Positions 1 through 6,282 of a stretch of 10,150 nucleotides of DNA are shown piece after piece. The notes below the pieces were generated by a model that did no database searches, had not been told where the DNA came from, and saw only the letters and a list, made by a program, of their open reading frames with translations. Position 1 is the first letter of the stretch. Each line of letters begins with the position of its first letter. The stretch covers positions 98,448 through 108,597 of the forward strand of contig JBGAQA010000003.1 of the NCBI GenBank assembly GCA_044220955.1. The letters run 5' to 3'. A program made the translations under genes and the position numbers. The stretch comes from Sandaracinaceae bacterium (lineage in GTDB: Bacteria; Myxococcota_A; Polyangia; Polyangiales; Sandaracinaceae).

Positions 1-462
1 GAGCACGGTCGAGCGGCCGGTGAGGATGAAGAACTCGCCGAAGTTGCCCGGGTCGACGAGGTGGTGTCCCTCGACGCGCGCCATGCCCGTGATGCGGCCG
101 CCCCACGGGTCGTAGAGGTCCGAGGGGCCGACGTCCTCGATCGCGATCGCGATCCGGTCGTTGGCGAGCACGAACTCACCGCTGCCCCAGATCTGCAGCC
201 CGCTCTCGTAGGGCGGCAGCGCGCTCGCGGCGATGCGACCGGCGCGCGCCTCCGTCGGCCCGGCGCCGAGCGGATCGGGGTGGCCGTTCGGATCGCCGGT
301 CGGGATCGGGGTCACGCCGGCGCAGGGCGGACGGGCGGCGTCGCGGCCCGGGGCGTCGTCGCTCGCGCCGTCGCTCGCAGCGTCCTCCGCGGGCGGCGCC
401 GCGGGGTTCGAGCACGCGAGGCCGAGGACGATCGTGACGAGGCCGAGTCGGAGCCGTGGCAT
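1..462 (-). CDS. Probable exported (lipo)protein, 3'-truncated by the window edge; N-terminus reminiscent of CehA/McbA-family metallohydrolase precursors
   Basis: Not in the ORF track; translated by hand from the ATG at 462: MPRLRLGLVTIVLGLACSNPAAPPAEDAASDG...EARAGRIAASALPPYESGLQIWGSGEFVLANDRIAIAIEDVGPSDLYDPWGGRITGMARVEGHHLVDPGNFGEFFILTGRSTVL. The frame is open for 154 codons with strong G/C bias at third positions. A basic N-terminus, hydrophobic stretch and Cys17 give an imperfect lipobox (GLAC). The family resemblance is recalled and weak, and no catalytic domain lies in the window. Confidence 0.8.
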   Translation of the reverse strand, partial: MPRLRLGLVTIVLGLACSNPAAPPAEDAASDGASDDAPGRDAARPPCAGVTPIPTGDPNGHPDPLGAGPTEARAGRIAASALPPYESGLQIWGSGEFVLANDRIAIAIEDVGPSDLYDPWGGRITGMARVEGHHLVDPGNFGEFFILTGRSTVL

Positions 463-488
463 AGGCCACCAAGCGTACGGGAGATCTC

Positions 489-512
489 GCGGGCGTCACA
501 AGTTGCGCCCGC
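489..512 (-). terminator. GC-rich stem-loop just downstream of the helicase stop; possible terminator or mRNA-stabilising hairpin
   Basis: GCGGGCG (489-495) pairs with CGCCCGC (506-512) around a 10-nt loop, 5 nt after the TGA at 518-520. There is no U-tract. Confidence 0.3.
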
Positions 513-517
513 AAGCA

Positions 518-2368
518 TCAGCGCCGTCGGGGCGGCCGGCCGCCGCCGTCGGGACCGGGCCCGCGCTCGCGGCCGCGCGGAGGGCCGCGGTCCGGCGCCG
601 GACCACGGGGCGCGCGCTCGGGATCGAAGGGTCGGAAGCGCACGCGCGGATCGCGCGGATCGGGGCGCGCGCTCGCCTCGGCGAACGCCGCGGCGCGCTG
701 GGTCCGGACTTCGATGAGCGAGCTCGCCGGGCCGATCCGGATGGCGCCGACGTCGCGCGACTCGATGTCGCCGCGGCGGCAGGCGATGGCGAGCATGCGG
801 CGCGTGTCGGCGCCGTTGCGAGCGCCCCAGCTCACCTGGAACGTCACGAAGTCCTGGCTGGCCTCGGTGACCGGCAGCGGCGGGTGCTCGCGCGCGTCTC
901 GCGCCTCGCGCTCGCTCGGTTCGCGAGGCATCGGAGGTGGCATCTGCGTCTGCGGCGCGCGGCTCTCGTAGCGCTCCGTCTTCGGCGTTCGCTCGTTCGG
1001 GCGCGGCCGCTCCTCGCGCTCACGCTCGCGCGGCGGCGTGATCACCCGCACCTCGCGCGGCTCGGGCCCGCGCGTGATGCCCGTCTCGGCGAGCAGGCGC
1101 GCGAGTGCGCGCTGGGGCGAGCCCTTCTCGGCGATGCGCCCGGCGATCGCGGCGGTTCGCGCGTCGATCTCGATCGTCTCGTCGTCGCCCGTGAGCAGCT
1201 CCACGAGGCGGTCGTCCTCCATCTTGCGGATCTCGGCCGCCGTGGGCATCGGCAGCACGCGCGCGTGCACGCGGGCACCTCGGATGATGCGCTGCGCACG
1301 CGGGACCTCGCGCGGCGCGACGAGGACGGCGCTCGTGCCCTTCCTGCCGGCGCGGCCCGTGCGTCCGCTGCGGTGGGTGTACGAGTCGGAGTCGGTCGGC
1401 GCCTCCATGTGCAGCACGAGCGACACGTCGGAGACGTCGATGCCGCGCGCCGCGACGTCGGTCGCGACCAGGATGCGGAGCGAGCCGCGCTTGAACGCTG
1501 CGAGCGCGCGCGTCCGCTCGCGCTGCGCCATCTCGCCGCTGAGCGCCGCCACGGAGAACCCGGCGTCGCCGAGCGCCTCCGCCAGCTCCGCCACGCCGGC
1601 GCGCGTCTTGGCGAAGACGAGCGTGCGCGCCTCGGGGTGCGCGAGCAGCAGGTTCACGAGCGCGTCGAGCCGCTCGCTCGGGTCGACGAGGTAGACGACG
1701 TGCTCGATGTCCGCGTTCGCCACGCCGAGGCGCGTGCCCTCGACGTGAAGCGGGTCCTTCTGAACGCGGTCGGCCAGGCGCGCGACCTCGCGCTGGAAGG
1801 TCGCCGACACCAGGTGCGTGCGCCGGCCCTCGGGGATCCGCGCCAGGATCGTGTCGAGGGCCTCGGTGAAGCCCATGTCGAGCATCCGATCCGCCTCGTC
1901 GAGAACGACGGCGGCGATCGCGCTCGGGTCGAGCGAGCCGTTCTCGAGGTGATCGATCAGGCGGCCGGGCGTGCCCACGACGAGCGCCGGGAGCATCGCG
2001 AGCGCGCGGTGCTCGTCGCGGTAGCTGGCGCCCCCGGTGAGCGCCACGACCCGCGCGCCGAGCGGCGCGTAGAGCCAGCCGAGCTCCTCCTCGACCTGCC
2101 GGCCGAGCTCGCGGGTGGGCACGATGATCAGCGCGCGCGGCTTGGCCGCCTTGCTCGGCCGCGGCGAGGGCAGCATCACGAGGTCGCGCAGCACGAAGCC
2201 GATCGCGATCGTCTTGCCCGAGCCCGTCTGCGAGGTGATGCGCAGGTCGCGGCCGATCGCCATCGGGTCGAGCACGGCGTTCTGGACTGCCGTGAGCGTC
2301 GTGTAGCCTTTGCCCGTCAGCGCTTCGACCAGCGCCGGCCCGAGGGCCTCGGGGAGCTCGTGGCTCAA
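518..2368 (-). CDS. DEAD-box ATP-dependent RNA helicase with C-terminal DbpA-type RNA-binding domain (DeaD/CsdA-like), 616 aa
   Basis: Q motif GYTTLTAVQ, motif I SQTGSGKT, Ia PTRELGRQV, Ib GTPGRL, II DEADRMLDMGF, III SAT, V ATDVAARGID, VI HRSGRTGRAG. The C-terminal FQVSWGARNGAD...DVGAIRI...SLIEV segment resembles the DbpA domain. The TTG start overlaps the upstream TGA. Confidence 0.95.
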   Translation of the reverse strand: MSHELPEALGPALVEALTGKGYTTLTAVQNAVLDPMAIGRDLRITSQTGSGKTIAIGFVLRDLVMLPSPRPSKAAKPRALIIVPTRELGRQVEEELGWLYAPLGARVVALTGGASYRDEHRALAMLPALVVGTPGRLIDHLENGSLDPSAIAAVVLDEADRMLDMGFTEALDTILARIPEGRRTHLVSATFQREVARLADRVQKDPLHVEGTRLGVANADIEHVVYLVDPSERLDALVNLLLAHPEARTLVFAKTRAGVAELAEALGDAGFSVAALSGEMAQRERTRALAAFKRGSLRILVATDVAARGIDVSDVSLVLHMEAPTDSDSYTHRSGRTGRAGRKGTSAVLVAPREVPRAQRIIRGARVHARVLPMPTAAEIRKMEDDRLVELLTGDDETIEIDARTAAIAGRIAEKGSPQRALARLLAETGITRGPEPREVRVITPPREREREERPRPNERTPKTERYESRAPQTQMPPPMPREPSEREARDAREHPPLPVTEASQDFVTFQVSWGARNGADTRRMLAIACRRGDIESRDVGAIRIGPASSLIEVRTQRAAAFAEASARPDPRDPRVRFRPFDPERAPRGPAPDRGPPRGRERGPGPDGGGRPPRRR

Positions 2369-3405
2369 TGGGCTGCCGCCGGGGCGACGTGGATGCGCGA
2401 CCCACGACCCGCGCGCGGGCGCGTGCGCGCGCGCTCGGTGCCGATCGCGAAGGGAGGTGGACGGTTGGGATCGCAGTCGGGCCCGAAGCCGGTCGCGTCG
2501 AACTCGTACGTGAGCCGGCCGCTCGCCTCGGGCGTGACGGCCTCGACGCTCACGCGGTGCTGGCCGGCACGCGCGGGGCTGCAGTAGCTCAGCAGGTAGA
2601 AGCGCTGGGTCATCTCCACGATGCGCGCGCCGACCTGGCGGAACGCCTCGGTGATGGCCTCCGAGTCGGCGACGAGCACGTAGCCGTCGCGCCCGACGTC
2701 ACCGAGCGTGCCCTCGTCGATCTCGGTTCCGACGCCGATCGCGAACACGTCGTACGCGCTCTGGTCGATGGCGTGCCCCATGTCGTGGCGCGACACGCGC
2801 GCGGCGTGGTCCGTTCCGTCGGTGAACACGACGAGCGTCCCGAAGCGGAGAGGGACGACCGAGTGCGAGAGCGCCTCGTCCAGGGTCGCGAGGCCGGCGA
2901 CGACCGCGCCGTGGAGGTTCGTCGACGGATCGTCGGGGTGGAAGCCGCCGAGGCGCGCCACGCCGGCCGTCGCGCCGCCCTCGGTCGTGAAGCCCACGAT
3001 CTCGTGGATGTCCTCCGCGCCGTCGAACGCGAACACCGCGACGCGCTGGCTCGAGCCCTCGACCTGCGAGACGAGCTCGGTGGCTGCGGCCTGCAGGGCA
3101 GGGACCTGATCGCTCTCGGTGATGCTGCCGCTCATGTCGACGAGCAGCAGGGTGTAGTGCTCGGCCGCGACCTCGGGGTTCACGATCGTCTGCTGGCTCT
3201 CCGTGGGCGAGACGAGCGAGCCGTCCTCGTAGATCCGGAAGTCCTCCGCGGTGAGGCCGCCGACGGGGTCGCCGTTCGCCGCGTCGACCGTGAAGTAGAC
3301 GGCGACGTTGCTGGGACGCTGGTAGGCCGAGTCGACCACCGTGAGGCGCAGCCCCACGCAACCAGCCAGCAATCCGACGAGGGTGATCGCGAGTGAGCGG
3401 CGCAC
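2365..3405 (-). CDS. VWA-domain lipoprotein, about 346 aa
   Basis: C-terminal part of ORF 2365..3798. The likely start is GTG at 3405 (MRRSLAITLVGLLAGC, canonical LAGC lipobox). MIDAS elements are LLVDMSGS, STNLHGAV and VVFTDG. The N-terminal VYFTVDAANGDPVGGLTAEDFRIYEDG and C-terminal YLLSYCSP segments are typical of the beta-sandwich that flanks bacterial VWA domains. Confidence 0.88.
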   Translation of the reverse strand: MRRSLAITLVGLLAGCVGLRLTVVDSAYQRPSNVAVYFTVDAANGDPVGGLTAEDFRIYEDGSLVSPTESQQTIVNPEVAAEHYTLLLVDMSGSITESDQVPALQAAATELVSQVEGSSQRVAVFAFDGAEDIHEIVGFTTEGGATAGVARLGGFHPDDPSTNLHGAVVAGLATLDEALSHSVVPLRFGTLVVFTDGTDHAARVSRHDMGHAIDQSAYDVFAIGVGTEIDEGTLGDVGRDGYVLVADSEAITEAFRQVGARIVEMTQRFYLLSYCSPARAGQHRVSVEAVTPEASGRLTYEFDATGFGPDCDPNRPPPFAIGTERARTRPRAGRGSRIHVAPAAAH

Positions 3406-3428
3406 GGCCGCGACCTTAGCAGCCCCGG

Positions 3429-3860
3429 TCAGCGACTGCCTGCCACGGGGTGCAAGAACATCAGGCGGGCCACCAGCCAGGTCGTCCACGCGGCCCATGC
3501 CAGGCCGCCGACGAAGAAGAGGAGCCCACCGATCGTGTAGCCCCAGCCGCCGCCGTCCATGTGCGCGAACACGTCGAGTCCGTAGTCGAAGAGCGCGCCG
3601 ACCAGGACCATCGTCATCCCGAAGCCGACGACCGTCAGCATCGCGGCGAAGAAGAGCTGCGTCATCGCCCGCCACACGCTGATCGAGTCGAAGCTGGCGC
3701 TGCATCCGCCGCAGCGGTGCATGTACGTGCGGCCGGTCGGCAGTCCACGGCTGTAGTGCTGCGTCACGTGCACGACCGTCACCGAGGGCGCGGAGCACTT
3801 GGCGCAGCGACGGATCTCACGACAGCGCGCGTCGTTGGAAGTGTCGATCTCGCCCCACAT
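3429..3860 (-). CDS. Hypothetical membrane protein with N-terminal zinc-ribbon-like region, 143 aa
   Basis: Hidden as the tail of ORF 3429..5483, with ATG at 3860, 17 nt after the dehydrogenase stop. Motifs CAKC and CGGC are followed by two hydrophobic segments (LFFAAMLTVVGFGMTMVLVGALF and WGYTIGGLLFFVGGLAWAAWTTWLV). It fills the gap between its neighbours without overlap. Confidence 0.8.
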   Translation of the reverse strand: MWGEIDTSNDARCREIRRCAKCSAPSVTVVHVTQHYSRGLPTGRTYMHRCGGCSASFDSISVWRAMTQLFFAAMLTVVGFGMTMVLVGALFDYGLDVFAHMDGGGWGYTIGGLLFFVGGLAWAAWTTWLVARLMFLHPVAGSR

Positions 3861-3877
3861 GACGGTCGCTCTCGCTC

Positions 3878-5041
3878 CTACTCGAAGGCGCTGATGCCGG
3901 TGACGTCCTGCCCGACGATCAGCGTGTGGATGTCGTTCGTGCCCTCGTACGTGTAGACCGTCTCGAGGTTCAGCATGTGCCGGCCCGGCGGATAGGCGTA
4001 CATGATGCCGTTGCCGCCGAGGATGTCGCGCGCGCTCCGCGCGATGTCGAGCGCCATCGCGACGTTGTTGCGCTTCGCGAGCGAGATCTGCGCAGGCTTG
4101 ATCTTGCCCTGCTCCTTGAGCCGGCCGAGGCGCAGCGTGAGGCACTGGGCCTTGGTGATCTCGGTGACCATGTCCGCGAGCTTCTTCTGCACGAGCTGGA
4201 AGCTCGCGATGGGCTTGCCGAACTGGATGCGCTCCTTGCTGTAGGACAGGGCGCAGTCGTAGCTGCTCATCGCGGCGCCGATGACGCCCCAGCAGATGCC
4301 GAAGCGGGCCTGCGAGAGGCACGAGAGGGGCCCCTTCATGCCCTTCACGTTCGGCAGGATCGCGCTCTCCGGGACCACGCAGTCCTCGAGGAAGAGCTCG
4401 GCCGTCACGCTCGCGCGCAAGGACCACTTGTCCTCGATCTTCAGCGCCGAGAAGCCCTTCGTGCCCTTGTCCACGATGAAGCCGTGCACGACGCCGTCGA
4501 GCTTGGCCCACACGACCGCGAGATCGGCGATGGTGCCGTTCGTGATCCAGCGCTTGACGCCGTTGAGCTTGAAGCCCCCGGGGACGCGCTCGGCGCGCGT
4601 GATCATGCCGGTCGGGTTGCTCCCGAAGTCGGGCTCCGTGAGGCCGAAGCAGCCGATGGACTCGCCCCGGGCCATCTTCGGGAGGTACTTCTGCTTCTGC
4701 TCCTCGCTTCCGAACGCCCAGATCGGGTACATCGCCAGCGAGCCCTGCACCGAGCAGAACGAGCGGATGCCGGAGTCGCAGCGCTCGAGCTCCTGGAGCG
4801 CGAGCCCGTAGGCGACCGCGCCCATGCCGGCGCAGCCGTAGCCCTCGAGGTTGGCCCCGAGCAGCCCGAGCTTGGCGAACTCGCCGACGAGCTCCATCGG
4901 GAACGTGCCCGCTTCGTAGTGCTTGGCGATGATCGGATCGAGGCGCGCCTCGACGAACCTGCGTACGTTCTGGCGGACGAGGATCTCTTCCTCGGTGAGC
5001 TCGTCGTCGAGCTGATAGTAATCGAGGCCCACGAAACCCAT
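3878..5041 (-). CDS. gcdH: Acyl-CoA dehydrogenase, glutaryl-CoA dehydrogenase-like, 387 aa
   Basis: Motifs GCFGLTEPDFGSNP, LNGVKRWITNG, RIQFGKPIASFQLVQ, ARDILGGNGI and the GCDH-like C-terminus NLETVYTYEGTNDIHTLIVG containing the catalytic Glu. The start is reassigned to ATG 5041 (MGFVGLDYY) because a strong SD precedes it. Substrate specificity is inferred. Confidence 0.88.
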   Translation of the reverse strand: MGFVGLDYYQLDDELTEEEILVRQNVRRFVEARLDPIIAKHYEAGTFPMELVGEFAKLGLLGANLEGYGCAGMGAVAYGLALQELERCDSGIRSFCSVQGSLAMYPIWAFGSEEQKQKYLPKMARGESIGCFGLTEPDFGSNPTGMITRAERVPGGFKLNGVKRWITNGTIADLAVVWAKLDGVVHGFIVDKGTKGFSALKIEDKWSLRASVTAELFLEDCVVPESAILPNVKGMKGPLSCLSQARFGICWGVIGAAMSSYDCALSYSKERIQFGKPIASFQLVQKKLADMVTEITKAQCLTLRLGRLKEQGKIKPAQISLAKRNNVAMALDIARSARDILGGNGIMYAYPPGRHMLNLETVYTYEGTNDIHTLIVGQDVTGISAFE

Positions 5042-5046
5042 GTCCG

Positions 5047-5053
5047 TCCTCCC
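5047..5053 (-). promoter_or_regulatory. Shine-Dalgarno site for the acyl-CoA dehydrogenase
   Basis: GGGAGGA on the minus strand, 5 nt before ATG 5041. Confidence 0.8.
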
Positions 5054-5199
5054 TTGTCGCAGCGCGTCGAGCCAGGCTCGAGCGGCGGGAGGATGAAGGC
5101 CGGCCGGGCCCGCGTAAAGCGCGCGACGTGAGGCAAGCGTGCCCGGTTGCGCCGGCTCGCCTGGCGCTCGCTCCCGTCGAGCCCGTTCCCGCGGGGTCG

Positions 5200-5228
5200 A
5201 TTGACGCCGTGTCGGGGCCCGTGTCAAT
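5200..5228. promoter_or_regulatory. Dyad ATTGAC-N17-GTCAAT in the divergent intergenic region; candidate bidirectional promoter or operator
   Basis: Plus strand reads TTGACG-N17-TCAATG and minus strand reads TTGACA-N17-TCAATC. The -35 hexamers are perfect or near-perfect, but the -10 matches are poor. Confidence 0.4.
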
Positions 5229-5277
5229 GCTCGCGGCTTCCGCGCCGCCTCCGACGGGGCGTACGCTCAGAACGACG

Positions 5278-6282
5278 ATGCAGCTTCCCGACCTCGCCTC
5301 GAAGGGCTCGCTCGCCGCGGCCGCGCTCACGTGCGCGCTCGCGCTCGCGGCGACGTCCGACGCGGGCGCCGACGCCGTCACGCGCGTGTTCATCAACGGC
5401 CAGCCGACGCCGGTGAGCTTCAACGACGGCGACAGCTTCCGCCCGAGCGACGGAGAGATCGCCGGGCAGCAGTGCCGTCTCATCGGCTACAACACGCTCG
5501 AGAGCTTCGGCCCCGCGCACCAGTGGGGCGACTGGCACCCCTACGAGCTCTACGTGCTGGCGAAGATGGCGACGCTCCACGCGCGCCGCGGCACCTGGCA
5601 CTGCTCGTTCGACGGCCAGTTCGACACGTACGGACGAGCGGCGCTCGACTGTCCCGACCTCGCGGTCGACATGATCCGCCACGGCTACGCGATGGCGTAC
5701 ATGGTCGACGATCACGCCTCGCGTCCCGAGTACCTCCGCGCGCAGCGAGAGGCGATCCGCGCGCGTCGCGGCATCTGGGCGCACGGCGTGCCCGAGTTCG
5801 TGATGACCTCCGTGCACAGCTTCGACGAAGATCGCGACCGCGAGTGGCACTACAACCGCCTCATCTCGACGCGGGACGGCCACAGCGAGAGCATGCAGCA
5901 CCGCGACACGTACGCGGAGTGCCAGTGGGTGTGCAACGTCGAGACCGTCGTCGACGAGCTCGCAGCGCGCAGCGAGGCGCGTGCGCTCCGCGCGGACCCG
6001 GTGACGGGCCCCCTCGTCGCGACCCTCTCGAACCTGGTCGTCACGGAGTTCGTCTCTCGCTTCGCACGCCGCGGCGAGCTGCCCGCCTACGCCGACGCGG
6101 CAGGCCGCGACGCGATCACGGCGCGCCTCACGGCCGACGGGCGCGTCGCCACGCACGAGCAGCGCGGCTCGTGCGGGATCTACGTTCCCTTCGAGCGCCG
6201 CTACGGCCGCAATCGGGCACACTGTCTCGACGGTCACGGGACCGTCCCGCCCGATCTCGAGGGTCGCTGGGGTCACCACTGA
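5278..6282 (+). CDS. Secreted thermonuclease (SNase-like) family protein with Cys-containing C-terminal extension, about 334 aa
   Basis: Signal-peptide-like N-terminus (KGSLAAAALTCALALAATSDAGA-D). SNase motifs occur in order: NDGDSF, RLIGYNTLES, DTYGR, MIRHGYA, AQREAIRARRGIW. The start could be ATG 5278 or the in-frame ATG 5227. Confidence 0.8.
   Translation: MQLPDLASKGSLAAAALTCALALAATSDAGADAVTRVFINGQPTPVSFNDGDSFRPSDGEIAGQQCRLIGYNTLESFGPAHQWGDWHPYELYVLAKMATLHARRGTWHCSFDGQFDTYGRAALDCPDLAVDMIRHGYAMAYMVDDHASRPEYLRAQREAIRARRGIWAHGVPEFVMTSVHSFDEDRDREWHYNRLISTRDGHSESMQHRDTYAECQWVCNVETVVDELAARSEARALRADPVTGPLVATLSNLVVTEFVSRFARRGELPAYADAAGRDAITARLTADGRVATHEQRGSCGIYVPFERRYGRNRAHCLDGHGTVPPDLEGRWGHH

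Noticed and set aside
233..2587. 784-aa plus-strand ORF and the other ORFs overlapping the helicase
   Set aside because: These are antisense or off-frame shadows of a gene with complete DEAD-box motifs. They are Arg/Ala-rich and show no motifs.
3406..3798. N-terminal extension of the VWA ORF
   Set aside because: It overlaps the zinc-ribbon gene out of frame, and the signal peptide places the start at GTG 3405.
3429..5483. 684-aa minus-strand ORF as a single protein
   Set aside because: Only the last 143 aa look coding. The rest overlaps the dehydrogenase out of frame and the nuclease in antisense.
5331..6281. N-terminal extension of the 777-aa ORF, or a frameshifted nuclease-lipoprotein fusion
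   Set aside because: It is an Arg-rich off-frame translation of the nuclease. The lipoprotein has its own ATG and signal peptide at 6282, and I see no slippery sequence.
518..6282. Helicase + VWA + nuclease as an anti-phage defence system
   Set aside because: The helicase is a housekeeping-type RNA helicase. The VWA protein and nuclease carry export signals and lie in opposite transcription units.
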